Positions 1 to 11,076 are shown, counted from the first letter of the whole stretch. The stretch: DNA of 52,502 nucleotides, filler included, from Stramenopiles sp. TOSAG23-2 (GCA_900128395.1; 3 parts of 3 records of this genome joined end to end with filler, not necessarily neighbours in it); one strand, 5' to 3'. Program-made: numbers and translations. Notes: generated by a model from the letters alone, not told the origin.

Positions 1-519
1 TTAATGACAGTAGCCAATGGTATGTACCTATTAAATAAATATAATATAGTAATACGATTATAATGCTATGTACTGTATATACCTCCATAGCAGGTGAATA
101 CGATGGACCACCTTTTTGCACCCCAATAGGGAAGAGGAGACGACTAAAGATGAATGTGTGCTGGTGTGCCAATGGTGTGGGATAATAAAAGAAGAAAACG
201 AAAGGTGCCACGAGGAGGTTAAGGTGTGCTGCGACTCACTTTAAGGGAAACGGAGCGCGAGAGATTTGGACCTGCAATAATATCTAATGAAATTAATAAA
301 AGGGATATATATATTATAATAAATAAACAACGCGGGAGGATGTGATGATAAAAATAAAAAATGATAGATACTAAATAATAATAAAAAATGATAGATACAA
401 TAATGGAGGTTAAAGAATAAAATATATTAGACAACCTGATATATATATATATATTATTTTAAACATCAACACAATACTTGTTGGGGATAATAATACATGA
501 AATCAACAATAAGAACATC

Positions 520-2172
520 ATGGCGAACAAATTGAATCGACAAGGATATATTGCACCAGATTTAAAATCACCAACTGTATTTGTATTTCGTGGTTTTGCG
601 CCTGACTCATATGCAGGTGATGATCATTGGTATCAAACATTAATACCAGCAAGGGTAAAAAAAGAAGCAGGGTTTATTCGAACTATTGATTATAAGATAT
701 CTAATGTTGCTACTCATATTGGACCTAGACAAGCAAAAACTGAAGATGGTGAAATACCTGGTGCATTTAATGGTGTAATACAAGCATATAAACATGGTGA
801 TATCATGGCTTTAACTGAGCATGGTCATAATGTTCATGCATATAATTGCTTTATACCCACACCAATAGAACATTTTGAAGCACTTTCTTGGCTTGCATTA
901 CCTTTGAATATTTCTCAAATTTTTGTACAAATCTCTCATCCCGATCGTATTGTAAATCCTAATATCGACCGTCCTTTGTTACAAACATATTTAGATCAAC
1001 AGTTGGCAAGAATGAAAAATATTGGTGGTAACGATGATATGTTTGCAAGAGAGTTTATTGATACCACACGTAATTGGCCGATATATTGGTTAAACGATAG
1101 AGAAATTCCAAGACGGCCTTGGGTTCATATTGAAAAAGCAAATCCAAAAGAAAGTGGTGGTACGCAATTAAGATACAATGATGGAATATTAAGAAGTCAT
1201 CCTTCACCACCATACAATACATTTGCATTGAGAAAATTATCTGTGGAATATTCCACATTAGTAGCAACTGTAAAATATGGAAATAATAATAGTAATTCTA
1301 ATAGTAAAGAACGTCCAAAGCAATTAAATCAAAATAGTGATTGGACTGGGCAAAAATTAAAATCAGCTTCTGTGAAACATTTCATGTTTGGTTTTGGTAG
1401 TTTAATGAATACAAAAAGTAGGACAAGTAGCGATCCAACAGCAATATCAGTTGTACCAGTACGTATTAGTAGCGAAGTTGGATATTCACGTGCATGGAAT
1501 TTTCAGCATCCAACAGCAAAAATTACAGCATTGGGTTTAAAAAAATGCCAAACGGGGGAAACTGCATGTACTATCAACGGTGTATGTTCACCAATCATAA
1601 CAAATAATAGCGATGACAATGATGGTGGTGAAGCAACATTACCCAAAGAAATTTTAGAACGTGAAGTTGGATATACCCCCGTATCTATTCCATCTAAATT
1701 TTGTAAGCCATTATCATATGCTCGATTGCCTGAAAATAGTTATGTTTGGATGTTTGTACCAGATGGGCCAATTGGTAAGCCTGGCATCAACTTAAAAATG
1801 GCTTCGCATACACATCCAATTTTACAAACATATGTAGATATTTGTATCTTGGGTTGCTTAGAATTTAGTAAAGAATTTGCAATTGAATTTATACATACAA
1901 CTGTTGGATGGGATTCACCATGGTTAAATGATCGTGAAGTACCAAGAAGACCTTGGATACACCAACCACAATTTCGATTGATAGATAATTTATTAGCAGA
2001 AGAAATTCCGGAACAATTTGCCAAAAGGATGTTGCCAGAAGAATATGGGGCAAAGTTAATTATGTTGAAAGAAGCGGAAGAGAAACGCCATCGTGATAGT
2101 ATGACGAAGATGAATTTGGATGATGATGATCATATCAATGAACAAGCGCATTCAAATGAAATTCATTATTGA
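520..2172 (+). CDS. Tandem gamma-glutamylcyclotransferase-like (GGCT/AIG2 fold) protein; N-terminal copy degenerate
   Basis: First ATG at 520 (the ORF track starts at TTG 478). The C-half has HFMFGFGSLMN, RAWNF, TALGL, INGV and LEREVGY. Both halves share the block LQTY(L/V)D...FA.EFI.TT..W..WLNDRE(I/V)PRRPW(V/I)H. Confidence 0.7.
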   Translation: MANKLNRQGYIAPDLKSPTVFVFRGFAPDSYAGDDHWYQTLIPARVKKEAGFIRTIDYKISNVATHIGPRQAKTEDGEIPGAFNGVIQAYKHGDIMALTEHGHNVHAYNCFIPTPIEHFEALSWLALPLNISQIFVQISHPDRIVNPNIDRPLLQTYLDQQLARMKNIGGNDDMFAREFIDTTRNWPIYWLNDREIPRRPWVHIEKANPKESGGTQLRYNDGILRSHPSPPYNTFALRKLSVEYSTLVATVKYGNNNSNSNSKERPKQLNQNSDWTGQKLKSASVKHFMFGFGSLMNTKSRTSSDPTAISVVPVRISSEVGYSRAWNFQHPTAKITALGLKKCQTGETACTINGVCSPIITNNSDDNDGGEATLPKEILEREVGYTPVSIPSKFCKPLSYARLPENSYVWMFVPDGPIGKPGINLKMASHTHPILQTYVDICILGCLEFSKEFAIEFIHTTVGWDSPWLNDREVPRRPWIHQPQFRLIDNLLAEEIPEQFAKRMLPEEYGAKLIMLKEAEEKRHRDSMTKMNLDDDDHINEQAHSNEIHY

Positions 2173-2640
2173 AAAAAAAAAGCGTGTTGTGTTTTGTATG
2201 AGAGGGAAGGAGAGTGTGCTATTATGTGCCTGTTAATGTTTAGCACTCTCTTAATATAAATAAAATATTATTTTTGGGTGTGTGTAAAAATATGATATTT
2301 TTACGTATACGACAAAATACAATATTCGTACCTCGGTTTACATGTTTTTTTTTTAATCTCTATCGAACATAGCCGAAGTAAAGGAGCTCGCAGCTTCTAA
2401 TTGGATTTCTACACTACATGTAAGAGATATACAAACTGCGATTATAAAAACTTGCGCGCTTATAATAATCGTTTTTGCTTTAAAATGTGCATTTGGTGAG
2501 TCGTACGTATAAATTGTACCCCGGCGGTACAATTTATTCTCCGCCTTCCAATGATGTTCGTTTTTCATCAACTGCTACGAGTATCATAGTTGATACCATC
2601 TATTTACCTTCTTTGGTATTCTCTATTATGGATATATCCA

Positions 2641-2850
2641 ACACACTAGTGTGAGATACGTCTAGAGATTATTTCAATATTATTGCCATGCATATTCTTT
2701 TTGAAGAGTAGGAATTGTTATGAGTTTAAAATTAAAAAATACGAGTGTACGTTAATGCGTATAAACTTAAATATATTTTATTTTAGAGAGATCATTTTTT
2801 TATAAAATCTAAAATCATCATCATATATTAATATATACGAGTACGAATTA
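2641..2850. repeat. Degenerate dispersed repeat, similar to 21690-21885
   Basis: Blocks shared in the same order: ACACA..GTGAGATA, TATTCTTTT(TG)AAGAGTAGGAATTGT(T/C)ATGAGT, CATTTTT..TAAA, ATACGAGTACGA. Boundaries approximate. Confidence 0.6.
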
Positions 2851-3020
2851 TTTGTATCATATGATAAAATGCATTTTATCCCCAAGTTTGCTCTTGACGA
2901 CTGGACAAAGGTTTTCATGTGGTACATCATATATATCATAATACATATCATATGATATCTGATGTATGTTATATATATGTTCTACCCCCCCTTCTACATA
3001 TGATATATATAGCAAATATA

Positions 3021-4451
3021 TTATTGATACATTTCAAATGTTTTACCAATTGCATGTACTTCAAATCCAATATCTATTAATTTTTTATGATCCAAAATAT
3101 TTCTTCCATCAAAAATGAATGCTGGTTTTAGCATGCCATCATATAATTTTTGATAATCATAATTTTTAAATTCATCCCATTCCGTCATGACTGCAATTGC
3201 ATGTGCCCCTTTTGCAGCTTCATATGGATCATTGTTGATTTTAATCAACGATTTTAATTCTGGCATTGTTTTTTCATTAAGACCTAAGGTATAATGAAAT
3301 TCCAAAAACATATCCTCTTCCGTTACTTTTGGATCTGAAACATTAATCTTTGCACGTTCTTCCAATAAGTATTTACATACATATGCAGCTGCAGTTTCAC
3401 GCGTATCACCTGTATCTTTTTTAAATGCAAAACCAAACATTGCAATTTGTTTGCCAGTAATACTATTAAACATAGAACGTACCATTTTCTTTGCAAACCG
3501 TTCTTTTTGGTAATCATTCATTGTAATTACACTACGCCAATATGCTGCAACTTCTGGCAAACCAAAACTTTCGCATAAATATACTAAATTAAGAATATCT
3601 TTTTGAAAACAACTTCCGCCAAAACCGACACTTGCTCTTAAAAATGCAGATCCAATACGACGATCTGTACCAACAGCACGTGCAACTTCATTCACATCCG
3701 CTTTTGTAGCTTCACACAATGCACTAATAGAATTAATACTACTAATACGTTGTGCTAAATATGCATTTGCAACTAATTTTGATAATTCAGATGACCAAAC
3801 GTTGGTTGTAAGAATTTTATCTCTTGGAACCCATTGAGCATACACTTCAACTAACAATGCAATTGCTGCTAAACCATCTTCGTTTTGATCACCACCGATC
3901 AATACACGGGATGGATCTTCCAAATCTCTAACTGCAGTACCTTCAGCAAGGAACTCAGGATTAGATAATACTTGAAATTTCACATTTTTTGAGTTTGCTA
4001 ATAAAACACGTTTTAATGCTGATGCAGTTTCAACTGGCACAGTACTTTTTTCAACAATAATTTTTGAATCTTTTGCACACTTTGCAATGGTACGAGCGCA
4101 TAATTCGATATTTTTCACATTCGATGCAGAACCAGAACCAATACCATATGTTTTTGTTGGTGTATTTACAGCAACAAAAATAATATCAGCTTGTGCAATT
4201 TCCCCTTCAACGTCAGTACTGAAAAATAAATTTTTACCACGTACGGACTCTACAATTTCTTGCAAGCCAGGCTCGTAAATTGGCAAGTCTGAACTATTCC
4301 ATTGATCAATTCTAGGTTGAGAAATGTCAACAACGCATACGCGTACCTGTGGGCAATGTTCAGCTAAAATGGTCATCGTTGGTCCACCAACATATCCAGC
4401 ACCAATACAGCATATTTTTAAACCGTCTAAACTTTTCGTAAAGGAGGCCAT
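3021..4451 (-). CDS. UGDH: UDP-glucose 6-dehydrogenase
   Basis: [14 protein letters not shown] Rossmann motif, [18 protein letters not shown], catalytic [29 protein letters not shown]; intronless 476 aa. Confidence 0.98.
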   Translation of the reverse strand: MASFTKSLDGLKICCIGAGYVGGPTMTILAEHCPQVRVCVVDISQPRIDQWNSSDLPIYEPGLQEIVESVRGKNLFFSTDVEGEIAQADIIFVAVNTPTKTYGIGSGSASNVKNIELCARTIAKCAKDSKIIVEKSTVPVETASALKRVLLANSKNVKFQVLSNPEFLAEGTAVRDLEDPSRVLIGGDQNEDGLAAIALLVEVYAQWVPRDKILTTNVWSSELSKLVANAYLAQRISSINSISALCEATKADVNEVARAVGTDRRIGSAFLRASVGFGGSCFQKDILNLVYLCESFGLPEVAAYWRSVITMNDYQKERFAKKMVRSMFNSITGKQIAMFGFAFKKDTGDTRETAAAYVCKYLLEERAKINVSDPKVTEEDMFLEFHYTLGLNEKTMPELKSLIKINNDPYEAAKGAHAIAVMTEWDEFKNYDYQKLYDGMLKPAFIFDGRNILDHKKLIDIGFEVHAIGKTFEMYQ

Positions 4452-4508
4452 AATTATTTAATTAATCTCTAAAGTTAGTTAGTTAATGTTATATAATTCT
4501 ATCAAATA

Positions 4509-4749
4509 TATACTAATCCCTCTATTTAAGTATAGTTCTTGTAAACCCTATTTTAAAGGCTATTTAGTATACTAATCCCTCTATTTAAGTATAGTTCTTG
4601 TAAACCCTATTTTAAAGGCTATTTAGTATACTAATCCCTCTATTTAAGTATAGTTCTTGTAAACCCTATTTTAAAGGCTATTTAGTATACTAATCCCTCT
4701 ATTTAAGTATAGTTCTTGTAAACCCTATTTTAAAGGCTATTTAGTATAC
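4509..4749. repeat. Perfect 59-bp tandem repeat, 4 copies plus 5 bp
   Basis: Unit TATACTAATCCCTCTATTTAAGTATAGTTCTTGTAAACCCTATTTTAAAGGCTATTTAG starts at 4509, 4568, 4627 and 4686. Confidence 0.97.
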
Positions 4750-5011
4750 AATTTTGGTACAATATATTTTGTCGGTAATTTGATAAATCGAAGTTAGTTA
4801 TTGATTTTTCGGGCTTTCAAACATCGCAGCAGCGCAGCCCTGATGAAATACGGCGAAGAATCCACCATCGAGAATCGGTTGCGGTTAGAAAAAAATACAT
4901 TCTTAAAACTATATATATCGTGTTGTTCGTGACATAATTGTTTGTTTTACATTTAATGAAGAGAAAAGATAAACAAATATTACAACCACCACGATCACCA
5001 CTTCGACCATC

Positions 5012-5989
5012 ATGGGAAAGAAAAAAAAAGGTGGGAAGAAAAAAAAAGGAAAGAAAAAAGACATAGTTAAAAGTGCATCGGAAAGTGAAAGTGACCATCT
5101 TGAACAACCAAAATTACCGTCCCAACGTATAACGTCTCCTGGCTGCACGTGCTTCCAAAATATTACATTAAATAAAGGAAAATATGTCGTGAAAACATGT
5201 GCATTGCATTGGCCTTTAGAATTTGATAAAACAGAGGAACGACCGACTATATATGAAACAATTGATGAAATGCAAAAAAACGATGTTGAGGATGTAGATG
5301 AATTAATACCTGAAAAATTAAACCCTGTTACCATACCATATGATATTGCAAATGAAATGGTTGAACAATATAGTATGTTATTAATACGGTTAGAGGAACG
5401 AAATGGAAATACGGATGATATAGCTGAAATTTTTGTTAGGCGTGCGACGTTATATAGCTGCATGGGAAAGCATGATCAAGCATATGCCGATGCAAAAAAA
5501 GCGGTTAGCTTACGCCCGTCATATACACCTGCATCATTCCGTGCCGGACATGCCGCTTTTAAATCAGGCAAGTTTGTCGAATCTATACAAATGTTTCAAC
5601 ATGGTTTAAAATTATCAAATGAAAATATATATTTAAATCGTGCATATAAATGTGCTATAAAAGCTGGTTTAAAGGATTTAAAAGTTAAAGATATGCCTGA
5701 ATATATGGGTGAAATAAAATCATATAATGAATATATTGAATGGCAACGTGAATATCAAATTGTAAAAGATGAAATAGAAGCAGAAATTGCTGCTGGTAAA
5801 GAACCATCAAAGACATTACCAATCAAACCAAGTAAATTTAATATTAATGGGTATGAAACTTTAATAGACACATTAATAAAAGAAAAACAAAAAGATGAGG
5901 AAAGCCTTCAAATACCAGAAATTCCAGAAGATAGAGTGGAAGAAGTAGTAGTAGAAGATGTGAAAGTTGATGATAATGCGGGTAAATAA
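5012..5989 (+). CDS. TPR-repeat protein with Lys-rich N-terminus
   Basis: TPR-like AEIFVRRATLYSCMGKHDQAYADAKKAVSLRP and ASFRAGHAAFKSGKFVESIQMFQHGLKLSNEN; MGKKKKGGKKKKGKKK start. Confidence 0.8.
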   Translation: MGKKKKGGKKKKGKKKDIVKSASESESDHLEQPKLPSQRITSPGCTCFQNITLNKGKYVVKTCALHWPLEFDKTEERPTIYETIDEMQKNDVEDVDELIPEKLNPVTIPYDIANEMVEQYSMLLIRLEERNGNTDDIAEIFVRRATLYSCMGKHDQAYADAKKAVSLRPSYTPASFRAGHAAFKSGKFVESIQMFQHGLKLSNENIYLNRAYKCAIKAGLKDLKVKDMPEYMGEIKSYNEYIEWQREYQIVKDEIEAEIAAGKEPSKTLPIKPSKFNINGYETLIDTLIKEKQKDEESLQIPEIPEDRVEEVVVEDVKVDDNAGK

Positions 5990-6005
5990 TGTTTTAAAAA
6001 AATAT

Positions 6006-7562
6006 TTATATATATCCACCCATAGCGCCCATCATCTTTTGCATTGCTGCCATATCCATTCCTCCAGCACCACCACCACCACCCATCGCTTGCATCATCT
6101 TTTGCGGATCCATGCCACCCATTTGTTTCATCATTTGTTGTAAATTTCCCATGCCACCCATTTGTTGTATCATTTTTGGATCTAACATACCTTGCATTTG
6201 TCTCATCATTTGGTCTGGATTACGCATCATTTGTTGTTGCATTGCACCATCGTTGCTCATCAATTTGCTCTTCCCCATTTTTCCTACCATTTTTTCAAAT
6301 TGTTTATGGCATTTTAACAAATGTTGAACAAACAATTCACTTTGCCCTGCACCTCTTGCCACACGTTTAATGCGTGTCTCCGTCAATTTCACTTTACTAT
6401 CTAACTCATCATCCGTCATACTATCCATCACTGTTAAGAAATATTCTACATTTTTAGTTCCATCCTTCGCAGCACCTTGTGGCATGACATTTGCAAGCCC
6501 TGGAATCATTCCCATGATACTTCCAATGTTTCCCATCCCTAAAATCGTTTGGAATTGATCGTACATATCTCGTAATGTAAAAACACCTTTTTTGAATTTA
6601 TCCATCATCTCCGGTGCTTTTTCCAACATACCACTTTCTTGAAATTTATTTAACAATCCGCCAATATCACCCATGCCTAACATTCTACGTACGAAACTTT
6701 CAGCATTAAAGGTTTCAAAATCATCAAAATGTTCCCCAGTACCTATAAATGTAATAGGACTTTCTGTTGCAGCGACTGCACTCAATGCACCACCACCATG
6801 CGCATGACCATCTAATTTCGTCACGATCACGCTACCAACACTGACAGTATCTTTAAATGCTTTTGCTTGGTCATATACAGATTTACCGATGGATGAATCC
6901 ATCACAAAAATTACTTCATCGGGATTAACAGCTTGGTTCACTTCCTCCATCTCCGTAAATAAATCAGCCTCTTGCTTATGCCTACCACTAGTATCTACTA
7001 TAATTAATTCATACTTCTCTTTTCTAAATTGTGCTACACCATCACGTGCAATTTTTACTGGGTCACTTTCAACGTAACTACCATAAAATGGCACACGGAC
7101 ACGCGTTGCATTTTGTTTCAATTGATCAAACGCACCGGCACGAAATGTGTCTGCACAAACCATACAAGTTCTCCAACCTTTTTTATTGTAATAATTTGCA
7201 TATTTTGCAATAGATGTTGTTTTACCACTACCTTGCAAACCGACAAACATCACTACATTGCATTTCCCACGTTTCAATCTGTACGGTTCTTTTTCAGGAT
7301 TGATCATTCGAACTAATTCTTTAAAAACAGCTTCCTGAATCATTTTTTGTTTATTAGTACCAGCTGCTAATTCTTCCATAGATACAATATTTTTAATATT
7401 TGTACGTATTTCTTTAATAACTTGTAAACTAACATCGGCATCCATCAATGCTCTACTAATTTCATTCAATAATTGTTTCAATACTTTCTCATCGATGTTG
7501 GTTTTACTATTCAAACCGCGCAATGCGGTGGATATTTTACGCCCTAATTCTGCTAATACCAT
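6006..7562 (-). CDS. SRP54: Signal recognition particle 54 kDa subunit (eukaryotic cytosolic type)
   Basis: MVLAELGRKI start, GLQGSGKTT, DTFRAGAFDQL, DTSGRHKQE, TKLDGHAHGGGALSAV, Met/Gly-rich M domain. Confidence 0.98.
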   Translation of the reverse strand: MVLAELGRKISTALRGLNSKTNIDEKVLKQLLNEISRALMDADVSLQVIKEIRTNIKNIVSMEELAAGTNKQKMIQEAVFKELVRMINPEKEPYRLKRGKCNVVMFVGLQGSGKTTSIAKYANYYNKKGWRTCMVCADTFRAGAFDQLKQNATRVRVPFYGSYVESDPVKIARDGVAQFRKEKYELIIVDTSGRHKQEADLFTEMEEVNQAVNPDEVIFVMDSSIGKSVYDQAKAFKDTVSVGSVIVTKLDGHAHGGGALSAVAATESPITFIGTGEHFDDFETFNAESFVRRMLGMGDIGGLLNKFQESGMLEKAPEMMDKFKKGVFTLRDMYDQFQTILGMGNIGSIMGMIPGLANVMPQGAAKDGTKNVEYFLTVMDSMTDDELDSKVKLTETRIKRVARGAGQSELFVQHLLKCHKQFEKMVGKMGKSKLMSNDGAMQQQMMRNPDQMMRQMQGMLDPKMIQQMGGMGNLQQMMKQMGGMDPQKMMQAMGGGGGAGGMDMAAMQKMMGAMGGYI

Positions 7563-7841
7563 GTTTTATATATGTATTTAAGTTGTATATATATATATAT
7601 ATATATATATTGAACTATAATGATATTGCAATTATATATATATTACTACTAATAATAATACCAATTTTGTTTCAAATACGAAATTTATTAATACCATGTT
7701 TTATATATGTATTTAAGTTGTATATATATATATATATATATATATTGAACTATAATGATATTGTAATTATATATATATTACTACTACTAATAATAAATAA
7801 TAATAATAAATGATAACCAAATTTGTTTCAAATACAAAATT
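7554..7841. repeat. Imperfect 135-bp-period tandem duplication covering the SRP54 start codon and upstream region
   Basis: TAATACCATGTTTTATATATGTATTTAAGTTG(TA)nTTGAACTATAATGATATTG starts at 7554 and 7689. Confidence 0.9.
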
Positions 7842-9084
7842 TGTGTTTGTTCTTTCACAGTGTATAAATGTGTGTGTGTGTGTGTGTGCCAATCAATTAT
7901 GTAAAACCAACCCTAAATAGATGACATATATATATATAGAGAGAGAGAGAGGGATAAAGAAATTTGCAAATGTTCTTTTCTTTCGTCCCATACCATATCT
8001 CACTTTCCTATGTATAAAATTAATAAATTGGTGTTGTTTGCCATTCATTTTCTTCCTTTTCCTTTGTTGTTGGTGTGGTGGATTTCGCGATTTCGCAATC
8101 ATTTCGTGAAATAGCTAATCCTATCTCCATCGTAAACTATATCTTATAGGAAATGATGTATACAATACGAATATAGCGTTTAAGTACAATAGTCCTCTTC
8201 TTTCATCTTTATTTCACTTATTATTATGTCCAGGAAATATCCTTTATACTAATACCAGTTTTCACATAATGCTGGAGAATCAATATGAGTATTTTGGTAT
8301 TCTAATGTCCCTTTTAAGTATAATTTTTTGTCATTTGATATACTTCTATGCACGTAGATTGAAGTTTGCGTGTTGTTTGTCGTTAAGAAATATCCAAAAA
8401 AATCCAACATTATAGTATGGATTAGGAGATAAGCAAAGATGTGTTATAGTGTTTAAATAATTGAGAGAGCAGTTGACAGTTATATACGTGTGTACAAACG
8501 TCTTTTTATCGTTTTTTATTCTCATTATATAATTACCGTGTTCCGTCGTGTGCTTGTCAGGTAAGAAATGAATTATTGTTGAAACATTTTCTTAAAGACA
8601 GATAGATGAGTGTGCTGTTTAGCAAATATATTTCAGCATTATATCGATAGGTCTTATACTTTATGTACCAGGAAAAAAGAAAACAAGGTAAATGAATATT
8701 ATTCTTTTATTTTTCAAATATATTATTTAAAAATAAAAATGAAGAATTTTCTCACAAAATTAAAATATTTTATATACCTGGTAAATATATAAAAAAGTTA
8801 AAAAAAAATGCAGTTTTTCGTAAAAAATAAAAAGACGCGAGAGAGAATATGAAAATAAAAAAGAGAGCGCGTGTTTTTATTTAAAAAATTTATTCTGTGT
8901 AAAGCTTTTTTTTGTTAATTTTATATACGTACGCTCCCAGGGGTAATTTTTTAATTTTAATTATACCCAGTTCGTACACACGAAAAAAGTGGCATTAACA
9001 AAAAAACCCTTCTTCCTTGTATCATACGTATAATATATAAACACCCCACTGGAGAGTGTTGTTGCGAAACGTTTATCGTATTTA

Positions 9085-10581
9085 CTAGTATCGTTCAATT
9101 CCTGCTGCTGGTAATGTTGCCAACCATCCTAAAATTATTTTTTTAATCACTTGAAAATCTATTGAATTTTTCTCCCCATCTGCAGATCCAACACCCGCAA
9201 TACTACCAATTAAAACCGAAGTTGTGGAAATCGGTAAACCAAGTGCTGTACATATCAAAACAGCAAGTGATGCACCATATTGTGCAGCAAATCCTTTACT
9301 AAATGTCAATTTCGTAATTTTTTTCCCAACCGTTTCCATGACTCGCTTACCAAATGCAGCTAATCCAATAACAATGCCAATACCTCCACAAAATGTAACA
9401 ATTACAGGAGTTTCAGCATCTCCATCCATCGAACCATATATATATATATGCAACGAAGCGCTAAATGGGCCAATTGCATTTCCAACATCGTTACCACCAT
9501 GTGCAAATGCAACACAACATGCTGTCATAATCATTGGTAAGACGAAATAATTTTCAGCTGGTGAAGAAGAATTTTCCCTTCTTGTATTAGTAGAACCATT
9601 TGTTATTGATGGAAGAATCGTGGAAGCAGTTTCCATTGTTGTTGTTGTTGATGATGATGATGATGATGATGATGCTGATGATGATGGAGAAAGTGCTTCA
9701 ATCATAAAATTTTTATTGCCATCATTTTCTACTAATGAAACCATTTTCGATGAATGATCATTTACTGGATTCATCGTTTCAAACCCACCACTACTACTAC
9801 TACTGCTTCCATCATTTAATACCCCGGAGTAAGATATACCATTATTAATATAATTGTTTTTCTCCATATATGGTAAAATTAATTTATTAAATAACAAAAA
9901 TGAAACTAGCCCTAACAAGACAAATAGACCAAATAAACCCCATCCATTTTCAATACGTATTGCTTTTGGACCAGCCATGAAAATGAACAAACCTAAGGTT
10001 GCAATAGTTATCGCATTTAAATATGGTGAAACAATTGCAGCTAACTTGAAACTTGATGATTTTGAAATGATTTGTTTATCTAAAAAGTAATAGACACTGT
10101 ATGAAATTATAAAACCAGCTAAAGGTGATAAAACCCATGATAATGCTGTTAATCCAACCTCAACCCAATTGACGGAATAAACACCATCTTGTGCGATACC
10201 AATAAATACCAAGGAACCGATAATTGCATGTGTTGATGATACTGGTAAGGAAAAATAGGTTGCTAATGAATTCCAACATGCTGATCCAAACAACGCAGCA
10301 AACATAGCATATGAATATTGTACTGTAGTAAATTGATCAATTGTTAAAAATTTTTCACCTAATGAACTTGATGTTTTTCCACCAACTAAAGTAGCACCTA
10401 ATAGTTCTGAAATTCCACCTAAAACAATTGCCGTACGCAATGATATTGCACCAGATCCAACAGATGTACCCAATGCATTTGCAACGTCATTTGCACCAAC
10501 AGAAATAATATAACATAATCCTATAATACCACCTAAAATTAATGGTGGTAAATATTCGTCCGATGAATTGGTAGATGCCAT
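9085..10581 (-). CDS. PiT/SLC20 (PHO4) family inorganic phosphate transporter
   Basis: Signature motifs GANDVANALGTSVGSG, LPVSSTHAIIG, AHGGNDVGNAIGP and GLPISTT; Ser-rich central loop; ATG at 10581. Confidence 0.95.
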   Translation of the reverse strand: MASTNSSDEYLPPLILGGIIGLCYIISVGANDVANALGTSVGSGAISLRTAIVLGGISELLGATLVGGKTSSSLGEKFLTIDQFTTVQYSYAMFAALFGSACWNSLATYFSLPVSSTHAIIGSLVFIGIAQDGVYSVNWVEVGLTALSWVLSPLAGFIISYSVYYFLDKQIISKSSSFKLAAIVSPYLNAITIATLGLFIFMAGPKAIRIENGWGLFGLFVLLGLVSFLLFNKLILPYMEKNNYINNGISYSGVLNDGSSSSSSGGFETMNPVNDHSSKMVSLVENDGNKNFMIEALSPSSSASSSSSSSSTTTTMETASTILPSITNGSTNTRRENSSSPAENYFVLPMIMTACCVAFAHGGNDVGNAIGPFSASLHIYIYGSMDGDAETPVIVTFCGGIGIVIGLAAFGKRVMETVGKKITKLTFSKGFAAQYGASLAVLICTALGLPISTTSVLIGSIAGVGSADGEKNSIDFQVIKKIILGWLATLPAAGIERY

Positions 10582-10786
10582 CAATATATATTACTATACT
10601 CGATCAAGCGATTGGGGAACAAAAGATCTTTCCTCTTTTAATATATTATATGAATAGATTGTGCAAATTAATCTTCATTCACACACACAAAAAGATATTT
10701 CCTTTCCTTCTTTCAATATATTATAAATCTATTTTATAGATTGTGGGCAAATAATTACACATCTATAATCTACACAAAACAAGAAG

Positions 10787-11076
10787 ATTCATCATTCCGG
10801 GCGGGCATTTTTTTCCAGAGGCATTATTCAGTTTTTCATGGGAAGGCAATTATTTTTTTATTGACTTTTTCTTGCCATTGTGTGTCCCTATAAAAATAAC
10901 TTTATGTACCAATAGATCTACAATCATTTTATATTCATCATTCCGGGCGGGCATTTTTTTCCAGAGGCATTATTCAGTTTTTCATGGGTAGGCAATTATT
11001 TTTTTATTGACTTTTTTTTCGATAGTGTGTCCATATAAAAATAACTTTATGTACCAATAGATCTACAATCATTTTA
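10787..11076. repeat. Two near-identical ~146-bp tandem copies upstream of the PiT gene
   Basis: ATTCATCATTCCGGGCGGGCATTTTTTTCCAGAGGC...GTACCAATAGATCTACAATCATTTTA starts at 10787 and 10933. Confidence 0.93.

Noticed and set aside
1-434. Minus-strand ORF 219-434 and splice-like signals near the contig start
   Set aside because: The ORF is low-complexity I/Y/F, and the putative exon has stops in all three frames; at most UTR or non-coding transcript.
2353-2571. 72-aa minus-strand ORF
   Set aside because: No recognisable motif; short and adjacent to a degenerate repeat.
4509-4749. Possible CRISPR array
   Set aside because: Head-to-tail identical units with no unique spacers, no cas genes, eukaryotic context.
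4835-4870. CTGATGA...CGAA resembling a hammerhead ribozyme core or C-box
   Set aside because: No GAAA, no pairing stem II and no matching D-box/terminal stem found.
7523-8792. Short ORFs and GTAAG donor-like sites between SRP54 and PiT
   Set aside because: The ORFs derive from (TA)n/(TG)n microsatellites; no coherent spliced CDS could be built.
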